This document shows positions 1 through 11,829 of a stretch of 64,000 nt of DNA, in pieces. The stretch comes from Felis catus (taxonomy: Eukaryota), in assembly GCF_018350175.1 (NCBI RefSeq), contig NC_058368.1, forward strand, positions 174,904,001-174,968,000. The letters run 5' to 3'. Below the pieces are notes generated by a model. The model worked only from the letters and a program-made list of their open reading frames with translations, was not told where the DNA came from and did no database searches. A program made the position numbers and the translations under genes. The first letter of the stretch is position 1; each line of letters begins with the position of its first letter.

Positions 1-225
1 TGGCTCCATTGGTTGGGCGTCCGACTTCGGCCAGGTCACGATCTCGCGGTCCGTGAGTTCGAGCCCCGCGTCGGGCTCTGTGCTGACAGCTCGGAGCCTG
101 CAGCCTGCGTCAGATTCTGTGTCTCCCTCTCTCTCTACCCCTCCCCTGCTCTCTCTGTGTCTCTCTGTCTCTCAATAATGAATAAACGTTTAAAAAAAAT
201 TAAAAAAAAAAAAAAAAGAAAGAAA
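1..225 (+). mobile_element. Can-SINE (felid SINEC), cut at window start
   Basis: B-box GTTCGAGCCC, (CT)n body, AATAAA and poly-A. Confidence 0.93.
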
Positions 226-1039
226 AACCTAATGGTAACGTAATGAGTGGAGAGGCGATGATTCCAGGAGTAATTTGAGTTCATTCAGTGACTTGGGTAA
301 CCCAGCAGGAATCTCCGTGACAAAGTACTCATTTGAGATCTCCTGTGTCTGCCTGGATGGCATGGCCATTGGCGTTCCCACTCGCCGCCAGGCCCTGCTC
401 ACCGAGAACCATTGGCAGGCTCCGTCTTGAAGCCCCATGGGCTGGTCCGCAGTCTTCTGGGCTTGTCCTCTCCCGGCCTTGTTCCCTGCCTGGACCCATC
501 TCGGTGGCCTCAACCTGCCTCCCGAGGGCAGCCCTGAGTGAAGACAGGCGAGGGCAGATCCGGGGTTACATTTCTTGTGTCTTTCGCATACGACTTCCTC
601 CACAACAGTACCAGAGGGACCCGGGATCCGGGCCTCTTGTGTGTGTGTGTGATCAGGACAGGACTGCGTGATGAGACTCCCATGCCGGGCAAGTGGAGCT
701 CAGCTTTTCTAGAAAAATGGCATCTTCCCGACCACCAAAAGCGAGGCCCAGATTTAGACCCCGGGACGCGCCACCTGGAGCCCCCCCCTCCACCCAGAGA
801 AGCCAGCAGGAGGCTTGGAATCAGGGTATGTTACCCACCCTTTTCAAGGGAGGATCTCCGAGTGCCTTACATTATTCATTAAAAGACGCGGTATCCCAGA
901 GGGCCTGGGATAATTATCACCATTCAGCTGAAGAAGACACAGAAGCCTCACCAGTTGGCCCGGTGAGGAAGAAGGCCCTCCGAGAGTTGTCCATAACGCC
1001 GGCAAGCGGTAATAAGCTCTCCCTCCACCCTGAACAGGC

Positions 1040-1200
1040 GCTAAGCTGGACATGTGCGCTGTGAGGCGCGTACAACATCCACATTTTACAGAGGGAAAAA
1101 CCAAGATCCGGAGATTCCTTTGCGGGGCTGGAAAGTGGCAGGGGAGGGACTCGAACCCAGGTGCTGGGGATCCCAAGCCCGGAGCGTTTCTACCGCTCCT
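1040..1200 (-). mobile_element. MIR fragment
   Basis: cattttacagagggaaaaacc...ggactcgaacccagg resembles the reverse-complement MIR core. Confidence 0.65.
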
Positions 1201-1486
1201 ACGCTGCCTCGAAACAATTCTCTTCCTGTCTACGCGGGACTTCATGGTTTCCGAAGCACTGAAACAGCTTATCCCTTCTTCTCAATAACTCAGCCAGGCA
1301 GGAAGTACAGAGGTAGCTAGCTCCATTTTAGGGATGGAGCTCAGAGAAGAGGAAGTTATTTGCTTCTGTTCTTATAAAGCGATAGTAACTCGTGTCTGTT
1401 GGATTTACAACTTCCAAAATGCTGTCTGGGTTGGGACATTCCAATAGCTCTGTGACCTAAGTAAGCCTGGTGCTGTTACTATTGTT

Positions 1487-1516
1487 GTTATTTATTATTA
1501 TTATTATTATTATTAT
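1487..1516. repeat. (TTA)n microsatellite
   Basis: tandem TTA seen directly. Confidence 0.85.
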
Positions 1517-1680
1517 GTTGAACAGTAGTAGTAATGGTAGCAATATTCTTAGTACTCCTTTATTATAGACGAGTAAACTCCGATAGAAAGAAATTAAGGG
1601 AAAGAAATGAGAAATGAATATTTATATGTCAGACACTGAGCTATGTTATCTCACTGAATCTTTATCAGAAAAATACTTGT

Positions 1681-1893
1681 GGGGCGCCTGGGTGGCTCAG
1701 TGGGTTGAGCGTCCGGCTTCGGCTCAGGGCATGATCTCGAGGCTTGTGAGTTCGAGCCCCGCGTCGGGATCTGTGCTGACAGCTCGGGGCCTGGAGCCTG
1801 TTTCGGATTCTGTGTCTCCCTCTCTCTCTGCTCCTCCCCCGCTCGTGCTCGGTCTCTCTCAAAAATAAATAAACATAAAAAAAAAAAAAAAAA
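1681..1893 (+). mobile_element. Can-SINE
   Basis: full head, CT body, poly-A. Confidence 0.95.
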
Positions 1894-1909
1894 GAAACAC
1901 ATTTGCAAA

Positions 1910-2150
1910 GCTCATTCATTCATTCATTCATTCTTCATTCAGTGAATCCTGCTGTGGATCTGGTCCTGTTTCTAGATGCAGGGAATACAGCAGTGAACAA
2001 AAGAAAAACCTTGCTGCCTCCCCGAGAATATATTCTTTTGGGTGTGGGCGGAACCTAGCATAAAGAAACAAGAAAGTATAAACTATACCAGAGAGCACTC
2101 AACGCGAAGAAGAAAAGCAAAGCAAGGTGAGGCAATAGAGAGGCTTGTGG
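1910..2150 (-). mobile_element. L2 3' end
   Basis: (CATT)n then gggaatacagcagtgaacaaaag, typical reverse-strand L2 terminus. Confidence 0.75.
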
Positions 2151-3699
2151 TGTCAGTTCGGATCCTGACTAACTCGGCAGGATGACAGGGTGACGACGAG
2201 GAGAGATCTGAATACAGTGAGGTGGGGGGGGGGGGGGCGGGTCAGTTCTGTCTTGAACAATGAGTAAGAGCTGAAGTGCTTTCGTGGGATCCAAAGGAGT
2301 GGCCCTGCACCTTCTATGCCCCGAGGGCTTAAAATGTGCCCCAAACTTTATAATATGGCTCTGTGGAATCCTCGCAACCACGGGAAGTGGGTGTTGGGGG
2401 AAATTGGGGCTGAAAAGTCAAGTGGCCGGCTCACCGTCTCTTAGCTAATAAGTTGCAGATTTGAGACAGGAGCCTGCCCCTGCCTGGCACCAGCCTGCCT
2501 CCTGAGAAAGCTCCCTGGGCAACTGGTGGGATTGGGGGAAGACAGGCTGCCGTTCACTGAGCCAGAGAGGCGAGGGTGGGGAAGCTTTCTCTCTGCCGAT
2601 CTGCCCGTTCGAGAAATCCCATCAAATGTAAAAGTTCTAAAACCGGGGTCCCCGGACCGCTCTGGTGGCGAGGAAGGGAGATTGTCTTTGAAGCTGAGTG
2701 GGAAAACGTATCTTTATACTTGCCGTCCTCTAACTGAAACGGACTACTTACTTTCCTTATAAATGCAGTCCACAGCCCAGCACAAAGATACCAGTAACTG
2801 TGATTTTGCCGCTGGTAGGCACCAGGCGTCTGCAAGCCACGCTGCGATTGTTACAGAGATCTTGACACTTCATTTCTATTCATCACGGCTTTAAAATAAT
2901 GAAAGTCATTGGCTCAGTCCCAGATCATGTTACTGACACATTAACAAAGAAGCACCTATATCAACACATTTGCAACATTCTGAGAACTGTATTTAAATAG
3001 GTGGTTATTTGCTTTCACGCATTCGAAACAGGAATCCATAGGCTTGAGAAGTGGCCAGGGGAGCTCACTGCACAGGATAGGTTTAGAACTCTACAAGGGG
3101 CCCCCCCCGCTGTTCTTGTGCATCTTTTTTTTTTTACCTTGACCTCTGTGCTCTGGATCTCCAAGAGGTGGTGGCGGCTCTGGCCTGGAGGCTCCTGGAG
3201 GCTGAGATCTGGCTTTGTGCAACTCTTTAGCCTCAGGCTTCACCGACAGAGCTCAGAAAATGTTATTTTAATTTGGATTTGATGTTGACATTTAAAAACC
3301 AAGGGTTTTCGCACACATCTGGACTTCTGGCTTCTCTTACGAAAGCAGAGGGTCTGGCAACCCTGGGCCTCTCCACCTCCCATAGTGCATTGACTGGAGT
3401 TACATAGCGGCTGCCCCCACGGACCAAGTGCCGCTCTCCAGCCTGCCGCAGCTCCCGGGCACCCACTGCAGGTGCACATTCCCCAGGGACTCCCCAGTCA
3501 TTGGAGGTTTTTATCCCCAGGTGGGGGAATGGTTTTTTTTTTTGGGGGGGGTGGACAAATTTAACAGCAAGTGGTGATTCCCTGAACTGGCCCCTGCTGT
3601 ACCAGTTAAGGAGAGAATATCTGAGCACAGAAGCTTTGGCCAAGCTCAACTAACAGGTCAGAACACAGGTGGATTGGGGGCCACGGACAGTTCCCGGGC

Positions 3700-4100
3700 C
3701 TCCCTGATCCCAGTCTGGTTTCTTGCTTCATTGGACTCACTGAAAACTTTCTGGTCGCTTCTCATTGCGCCAAGAATAAAATCCGGGCTCTGGAGAATGT
3801 GCCCAGCGCCTGGTCCCCCCATTTCCCTGGGTATGTTCCCCTCTATATTCCCCTCCTTCTCAGCATTCAGGTCAATGTCATCTCCTAGAGGGTTCCCTGA
3901 CCACTCTCCAAAGGTGTGCCCTTTCCCTGTATCCAATTTCTCTCCTGCTCTCCTGCCTTCTTTTCCTCCAAGCTCTTACCATCATCCCAAAATTACGTTC
4001 CCAGCGTATTTATTTACTGTCTCCCTACCAGCACGCAACCTCCGCGATGGCAGGCCCTCATGCCTAGACACTGCTGGTCCATCTAGAGCTTTCGAAACAT
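3700..4100 (+). mobile_element. L2 fragment
   Basis: cattcaggtcaatgtcatctcctagagggttccctgacc...tttatttactgtctcc; accounts for the 174-aa ORF. Confidence 0.6.
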
Positions 4101-4229
4101 ACCATCCAAAGAACAGGCAGCAGGCGGGTGGCCTTGTGCCAGCCCTGTCCTGCACCTCTCCCCCAGGGGCTCAGGGACTGGGCGAAGTTGACTGGTAACT
4201 CGGCAGTTTTAAAAAGCTGCCTTGTAAGC

Positions 4230-4445
4230 CTTTGTCAAAATACTCTCACAGCAAAAGGTTGTGCCTGCCACTGCCTTCCTGTGGGTCTTTGGGAAAATCA
4301 CTTAACTTTTCTGACCTGTTTCCTCATGCGTGTCACCCCCAGGGGATAAATAACATTTACCTCATGGGGCTGTTGGGGGGAATGAAATGCAACTGGCAGA
4401 TGTTCCCACCAGCACCTTCGTGCATAGTAGGTGCTTGACTAAATC
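4230..4445 (+). mobile_element. MIR
   Basis: gggaaaatcacttaac...tttcctcat...catagtaggtgct. Confidence 0.7.
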
Positions 4446-5680
4446 CATTGAACCCTTTGCCATCCCCCCCCCCCACCCCCAACTTTCTTTCCCCTTTCAG
4501 CTGGAGCTGGAAGAAAGCACGTCAATCACGGGATAATTTATGCAGCATGATATGCCTTTAGTATTCCACGCTGAGTCGGGGCTTCTACTGTCCAATGAAG
4601 GTCAAAAGGAGGTATGGCTTTTATCTTTCCAGCAACTCTGGAAACACAGGGGGGAGGGGGCAAACTCTCAGAGGTTTCCTCCTGAAAACAAACAGATCCT
4701 CTCCCCTGCCCTGAATAGCTTTCTGCAATCAAAGCTGTAAAAGTCTGCAAGCAGCAGGAGTTCGCCCTGAGACTGGAGGGAGCTAATAAAGCATTGAATG
4801 GAGAGAGTGACCCCTAACTGGCAGAGGGGTCCCCGCTGGGCCTGGGGCCCGCGCCTGCTGCCTCGTGGAGAATCCAAAGGTCACGTGTCATTAGTCAGTG
4901 TCTTACAGCGACCCTTTCAAAATTATCGATAAAGGGGAAGGAGACCCCAAATGATTTTCTTCTCTCTTTTCTTTCTTTTTTCACTGTAGGAAGAGCTACC
5001 CCGCAACATCTTTTTCTTGTTTCTTTCAGAGGCAGAAAGAGCTGGATGGAAATCCCAAGTTTCATGCTTGGGGAAGAAATAAAGATTGAGACCAGCGTCT
5101 TTTCTTCCTGATGCGGTTTCCCAGTGAGGTCCTGGTGCTGAGAAGTCACTCTATCTGGGTTCCCATGAACACTTGTCTTGTTTCGCCCTTGTCCTAAAAT
5201 CCTTCTCAACGGCTCTAAAGGCTTCTGAGGAGGGATCTCTGTCCTGCTTTCGAACCTCAGTTTGGCCCGACGCCTGGGGACCTCTGCGAAGACGAGAGCT
5301 GTGAACTTCTCGCCCTCACCTTCTCTCTCCGTGACTCAGTTTCCTCACCCGTGCACGACGGGCAGCCTCCTGGGCCCAGAGGGAAGTGACCCGGATGACC
5401 TCATTAGGGTCTGAGGAGCACCTTAGAGAGATGAGCAGCCCTTCTTCTAATGGGAAGACTGACAATGATCTTACTTCCTTTTTGATTTACTTAAGCCCCA
5501 GCAACCTGTGGTTGTGGTTGCCTTAATCTTTGATTCATTAGCCACGGATTGATTGGATGACATTCCTGGGTTTATAGGTAGTTGTTGTATTGCTTCTCAT
5601 TTGTAGTACAGTTTGTGGAATAATTAAGGGCTACATCGTACCTCATCTGCAAATGCCTATTGCAAAAGCAAATCTTGATG

Positions 5681-5682
<2 letters not shown>

Positions 5683-5722
<40 letters not shown>

Positions 5723-5738
5723 TGTGTGTGTGTGTGTG
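5683..5738. repeat. (TG)n microsatellite
   Basis: about 28 TG units with one interruption. Confidence 0.95.
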
Positions 5739-6478
5739 GAGAGAGTACACATCCTGCTAAATGCAGTTACATCCTGCATTTAGCAGAGAAAGAGGGTCAC
5801 CTGTAGTCCAAATCACTCTGGGAAATTCCTTCAATTGTTCCTAAAGCCCTGTACATGTGGATATGCGTGCAAAGCGCTGTATAGCAATAAACACACATAT
5901 ACATAATGAAGACAGTAACGACCACATTGGACATGTCCTATTGCCTTGGACATCAGATGAAACACTTACCTGGTGTTTAGAGGACAGGTCATATGAATAT
6001 TTTGTATCTTCAAACACTAGCATCCGGCCCCTCGGGCAACATGCTCAGCGGCACCCCACCCTATTTAAGTCCCTCATGTTAACATTGGATTTGAATAAGT
6101 TAAGTGCCCTTATGCTGTGACCTCCACAGTGACTATTTTTCCCCCCACGCATCATCTGTAAGCATTGGGATATTTTAACTCCAAAATTAATATTCCCACA
6201 TGCCATTGGAGGGGAGCAGTCCGTGTGCAGGACCAGCCATGTGGTTTTTTTAAAGCGATGGAGAGGACATTGAACCACAAAGCAGTGCCTGTGACCAGGG
6301 GATGGGATTCCTCCCGTCGCTAACGGGCAGCTGCCCGGCAGAGAATCAGGCGGGACCTTCAGCAGAGGGGACAGGGGCCTCGTCGTTGTCGCACTCCCGG
6401 CCATCATCAGGTCAGGCTCTGGAACAGAGCAGGTGTCCAAAAACATGCACTGAGTGTGGGAATATAAAAAAGGGGCCT

Positions 6479-6695
6479 GGGGCCACCTGGATGGCTCAGT
6501 CGGTTAAGGTCTGACTTTGGCTCAGGTCATGATCTCGCAGTTTGTGTGTTCGAGCCTCGCATCGGGCTCCGTGCTAACGGCTCAGAGCCTGGAGCCTGCT
6601 TCGGATTCTGGGTCTCCCTCCGTTTCTGCCCCTCTCCCACTCACACTCTGTCTCTCTCTCTCTCTCTCTCTCAAAATGTAAACATTAAAAAAGAA
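6479..6695 (+). mobile_element. Can-SINE (older)
   Basis: diverged head, CT run, A tail. Confidence 0.9.
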
Positions 6696-6954
6696 AGGGG
6701 TGGGGGCTGGCCAGAAGTCTGTAAACAGGGGAGGAGGGCAGAGGTGGGCGTGTGGAAGATGAGGGAACGGAGGTAGGAGGAGATTGGCAGGGAACCAAGG
6801 GGGGAAAGACAGGAGCATGAAGGGACAGGTGGTTGTGTTAAAGAAAGAAGCAGCCAACGAAGCAGAACTTATTGTTAAAATGAGTGGTCTGAGGTCAGAA
6901 CCTGTGTGCCCTCTAGGTTTGCCGGCCAGGATACCGTCCTCTGTTCCCTTTCTT

Positions 6955-7174
6955 TCTTTTTTTTTTTTTTCAACATTTATTTATTTTTGGGACAGGGAGA
7001 GACAGAGCATGAACGGGGGAGGGGCAGAGAGAGAGGGAGACACAGAATCGGAAACAGGCTCCAGGCTCCGAGCCATCAGCCCAGAGCCCGACGCGGGGCT
7101 CGAACTCACGGACCGCGAGATCGTGACCTGAGCTGAAGTCGGACGCTTAACCGACTGAGCCACCCAGGCACCCC
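6955..7174 (-). mobile_element. Can-SINE
   Basis: TSD ctctgttccctttctt at 6939-6954 and 7177-7192. Confidence 0.96.
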
Positions 7175-7609
7175 TACTCTGTTCCCTTTCTTGACCTGCT
7201 TGGATCTCTCCCTATCTTACCATCCTGCTTGCCACAGCTTCATTGTCTCTGCCTGATCTGTCACTGGAGGTGTAGGTTCCTCTGGAACAAGGAGAGCCAC
7301 CACCACCCCCCCCGCCCCCATTCGGCTCCGATTCCCTCAGTCTCCAGCAGTCAGTTCTTCAGGGTTCAGGGGACAATGCCTAAGTCCCACTGGGCTGTGA
7401 CTGGACTTTCTGCTCATAGCATTTAAGAGCCCCCCGTGGGCATTGGCTGGCTTGACTTTTAGGGCTTCCTTGTATTTTCTAGTCATTTTGAGAGATCCCC
7501 AAACCAAGGTCTCTAGCCTAGTGCAGGGACTCAATCTTTGTCCTGCCCTTCCCGAACTTTTCCGGGCTTGAGAAATGGGACCCTATTGGGTTTGTCATGC
7601 TGAGAAACA

Positions 7610-7760
7610 AGCCCCTGATTTCTCGATGCCTCAGTTTTCCCATCTACTAAATGGGACTTTATAACACTCCTTACCTCATAGAGCTGTCTTTAGAATTAAA
7701 TGAACAAATGCAAGAAAAGTGCTTAGGAGACTGGCTGGCACAGAGTTAGTTGCTATTATT
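7610..7760 (+). mobile_element. MIR
   Basis: gcctcagttttcccatctactaaatggg...gtgcttag...ctggcacagag. Confidence 0.7.
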
Positions 7761-7861
7761 ATTTCTATTGTCGACTTGAGTTTGCCCTCAATGATTGCTT
7801 TATTTCTCATCATTACCGCTTATGACTTTTATTTCATTTATTACTGTTGATCTCATTTCTT

Positions 7862-8056
7862 TTTTTTTTTTTTTAAGTTTATTTACTTAATTTGAGAGAG
7901 GTGGAGGAGGGGCAGAGAGGGAGAGAAAAAGACGGAATCCCAAGCAGGTCTGTACCACGAGCACAGAGCCCAGCTCAGGCCTCAAACTCACACCATATGA
8001 GATCATGACCTGAGCTGAAATCGGACATTTAACCAACCGAGCCACTCAGATGCCCC
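7862..8056 (-). mobile_element. Can-SINE (older)
   Basis: degenerate TSD atct(c/a)atttctt. Confidence 0.88.
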
Positions 8057-8108
8057 TATTATCTAATTTCTTATAACGATTTATATATTTTTGCTATTGG
8101 CTTGATTC

Positions 8109-8110
<2 letters not shown>

Positions 8111-8149
<39 letters not shown>

Positions 8150-8267
8150 AGCAGCCTTCGTGCCCGGCAAGGAGCCCAATGTGGGGCTTGAACTCAGGAC
8201 CCTGAGATCAATACCTGAGCTGAGACCAAGAGTTGGACCCTTAACTGACTGAGCCATCCAGGTGCCC
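8111..8267 (-). mobile_element. short old carnivore SINE with (CA)n tail
   Basis: tRNA-like head at 8147-8267; (TG)n at 8111-8146 occupies the tail position. Confidence 0.8.
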
Positions 8268-9797
8268 TTCCATATGTTCGTTTTATTTTTGATAATTTGC
8301 CATTTTGACAATGATTCCCAATGATTGCATGTTCACCGGCTTGGATGACTTACTGTCATACAGAAGTAAGATCATTTACTGTCCCTGATACCGTAGGCGT
8401 CAATCTCAAAGGGCCATGATGATCACATTTGTTGCTTAACTAGCTTCTCTCTCGTATTTATGTCATGGAGAATTTATACATGAATTCAGCCCTTGAACTG
8501 AATTTTTTTTTTTTTTTCTTAAATCACAAAACCAGGGGCAGCAAAATGTGACGTCTCAGTTGGCTCTGCTCAGACTTCTGGAGAAGTCACAGTTGCCAAG
8601 AGCAGGCGAACGGGCCGGGCCGTCACCTACTCTGAGCCTCGGCTCTTTCCAGGTGTGAAACATGGACAATGACACTACTTACTTCATGGGCCTGTGATGA
8701 GGTGTGAATAGAACACTGTGAAGTGCGGAGCAAAGAATGGTCCGCAAATGTCAGCCAATGTTAAGTAACACATAATTCCCCGCCCCCCCCGCCCCCCCCC
8801 CACCCCATCCCCGCCTGCCCTGACCTTTTTAAAAAGAGATTATTCTTGGGGCCTCAGTTTTTTCATCAATAAAATGGCCAAGCTGCCTATAAGGACTTGG
8901 ACTTTAAGCACCGGATAACTACTGGTTCTTGTCTCCTTCCGGTTTGCTCACCCGTGAAACCCAGGGAACCCTGTGAAAGAGGAAATAGAAAACTTGGCCT
9001 TGCCCGCTTCAGAGGCTCATTCCCACTCGGAGCCCTGAAATGTTGGCCAGGCCAAGAGTGCGGGTGAAGTGAGCCAGTAAACAAGGTGCCCAGCCCCTCG
9101 GGAGCAGAGAAGAAAGCAGGGTTCTTTTTAAGTCTTCCCCCGGGGATTGACATTTTATTAGCATAGAGATAAATAATGCCAGATAAGAGGCCTCAGGTTT
9201 TACATCTGGGGCTGCAGGAACGTAGTCTGGGAGAGAAAACATGACGTTTCTTGCCGGGGCGGATCCCAGCCCTGGAGGAAGGAGGCCGGGGCCCCACCAG
9301 GATATGCCGCCGGCGGCTTCCCAGCTCGGTGGGAAGCAAGTTTTGACAACAGCAATGCTAATTGATTAAATGTTCTCATCAGAGATTACAGTGCAGAGAG
9401 CGATCGCATTTTGATTTCTTTCAAGAGGGGAGGGCCCGCCCTGCCTTTAACAGCTCGGTTTCCCTGTGAAGAATATATCCCAAAGTATAGGAGGCCCTTG
9501 TTGCGTTTCTTATTCCTGGCCCTGAGTCACTCTGTGTTCGTGTTAAATAATATACTGACTACAAACCACGTTGTACAATTGCCTTTGGTTTTCTAGGTTT
9601 GACTGGAATTTGAACCTGCCGCCCTGACGGAGGGCTGGACTTTGAATCCGGGTCCTGCCCTATAATGGTGTGTGGGTTTGGGAAGGCGTTCGCACTCTCT
9701 GGGTGGGCCTCGCTCTTCCTACCTGGAAAATGGGGATTTGGCATATTTATTTCCTAAAACAAATACTTTGCAGGAGCTGGTTAATAAAAACAACCCA

Positions 9798-10025
9798 GGG
9801 GCGCCTGGGTGGCTCAGTTGGTTGAGCGGCCGACTTCGGCTCGGGTCATGATCTCACAGTTCCTGAGTTCGAACCCCGGGTCGGGCTCTGGGCTGACAGC
9901 TCAGAGCTTAGAGCCTGCTTCACATTCTGTGTCTCCCTCTCTCTCTGCCCCTTCCCTGCTCATGCTCTGTCTCTCTCTGTCTCAAAAATAAATAAACATT
10001 AAAAAAAATAAAAAAAAAAAAAGAA
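9798..10025 (+). mobile_element. Can-SINE
   Basis: full length; no TSD evident. Confidence 0.95.
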
Positions 10026-10171
10026 AAGAAAATGCAAAGGCAGTTGGAGACCGGAAGAAAATATTCGGGACACATATATTTGACATGGGATTTGTAATCA
10101 GAATATATAAAGAGCTCTTTCAACTCAATAATAATTATACAGATAGCCCAATTAAAAAATCAGCCAAAGAA

Positions 10172-10382
10172 GGGTGCCTGGGTGGCTCAGTGGAGTAAGC
10201 ATCAGACTCTTGGTTTCAGTTCAGGTCATGATTTCACATTTGTGAGATTGAGCCCCGCGTTGGGCTCCGCACTCTCAGCACGGAGGCTGCTGGGGATTCT
10301 CTCTCTCTCTCTCTCTCTCTGCCCCTTTCCTCCTCGTGCACACACACACTCTCTCTGTCAAAAATAAATATACTTTTTTTTT
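10172..10382 (+). mobile_element. Can-SINE (older)
   Basis: TSD taaaaaatcagc(c/a)aaaga. Confidence 0.9.
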
Positions 10383-10394
10383 AAAAAAATCAGC

Positions 10395-10613
10395 GGGGCG
10401 CCTGGGTGGCGCAGTCGGTTAAGCGTCCGACTTCAGCCAGGTCACGATCTCGCGGTCTGTGAGTTCGAGCCCCGCGTCGGGCTCTGGGCTGATGGCTCAG
10501 AGCCTGGAGCCTGTTTCCGATTCTGTGTCTCCCTCTCTCTCTGCCCCTCCCCCATTCATGCTCTGTCTCTCTCTGTCCCAAAAATAAATAAACGTTGAAA
10601 AAAAAATTTTTTT
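10395..10613 (+). mobile_element. Can-SINE, young subfamily
   Basis: GGCGCAGTCGG/CAGCCAGG head; TSD aaaaaatcagc. Confidence 0.96.
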
Positions 10614-10767
10614 AAAAAATCAGCAAAAGATTTGGACTTTTCATCAAATGGCCGCTCAGCCCATGAAATGAGGCTCAACCTGACTAATCCTCGGAGAATT
10701 GCAAATTCAAACCACAATGATAAACCACTCCACACACATTAAAACGGCTTAAATCAAGAAGGCAAAC

Positions 10768-10982
10768 GGGGCTCCGGGGTGGCTCAGTCGGTGAAGCATC
10801 CGACTTCGGCTCAGGTCATGATCTTGCGGTTCATGAGTTCAAGCCCCCTGTCAGGCTCTGTGCTGACAGCTCAGAGCCTGGAGCCTGTTTCAGATTCTGT
10901 GTCTCCCTCTCTCTGACCCTCCCCCGTTCATGCTCTGTCTCTCTCTGTCTCAAAAATAAATAAACGTTAAAAAAAAAATTTA
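10768..10982 (+). mobile_element. Can-SINE
   Basis: TSD aagaaggcaaa at 10756-10766 and 10983-10993. Confidence 0.95.
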
Positions 10983-11157
10983 AAGAAGGCAAAGACACCC
11001 ACGCTGGCCAGAGTGTGAAGCAATGGAAATTCACACATAGCAATAGGAAATGTATCATGGCACAACGACTTAGAAGAAAAGAATTTGGCAGTTTCTGTTT
11101 CATAAAATTAAACATACACCTATTATATGACCTAGCAATTCTATTTCTAACCTGTTG

Positions 11158-11191
<34 letters not shown>

Positions 11192-11829
11192 AGAGAGGGA
11201 ACTTGTACATGAACGTTTACAGCAGTTTTCTTCATATAATAGCCAAACCCTGGAAACAACCCAAATGTCCATCAGAAGGTGAATGGGCAAACTCTGGCAT
11301 CACCAAGCTGCAGATGCATCCCAGCAATAAAAAGAAACAAACTGGTGATGTAGGCAACAACCCAGAGGTATCTCGAAAGCATTACTGTGAGCAAAAGAAG
11401 CCATCCTCAAAAGACCACACGTTGTATGATACCATTTGTATGACGTTCTAGAAAAGACGAAATACATGTATGGCAAAAGAAATAACATCAGTGGTTATCT
11501 CTTGGGAGGTGATAGGAGTAGTCTCGAAAGACACTGTAAGAGAACTTTCCGGGATGGTGTTCTGTAAGTCTACACAGATGGTGGTCATGACTGTGTACAA
11601 AGTCAACGAAAAATCCATTGAGCTGTAGACAAGATTTGTTCCTTTCATGTACCCCAATTATATACCTCAATAAGGTAATGTTAAAAACATCAGACACATT
11701 ACCCTCCTTATTGAAAGACGGAAGCAGACCAGTTACAATCCAACTCAAGCTGGCTGCCTAGGAAATTCTCTCTCTCTGAAACTGACCCCTGGGCAGAACC
11801 GATATTCAAAAACATGCATATTTGCAGCC

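Larger units (their letters stand above)
10030..11690 (+). mobile_element. ancient L1M (ORF2 end and 3'UTR), interrupted by three SINEs
   Basis: cagaatatataaagagctc, gcaaattcaaaccacaatga, ctggaaacaacccaaatgtccatca are L1 hallmarks; ORF 11155-11451 contains L1-like IIAKPWKQPKCPS. Confidence 0.85.

Noticed and set aside
1681..1760. tRNA-like sequences with A and B boxes
   Set aside because: They are SINE heads that continue into CT body and poly-A; no stand-alone tRNA gene.
3674..4198. 174-aa ORF
   Set aside because: Lies largely in a decayed L2; no recognisable protein features.
4470..4540. Polypyrimidine tract plus CAG resembling a splice acceptor
   Set aside because: The most plausible frame (LELEESTSITG) stops quickly, and no partner exons were found; a non-coding exon cannot be excluded.
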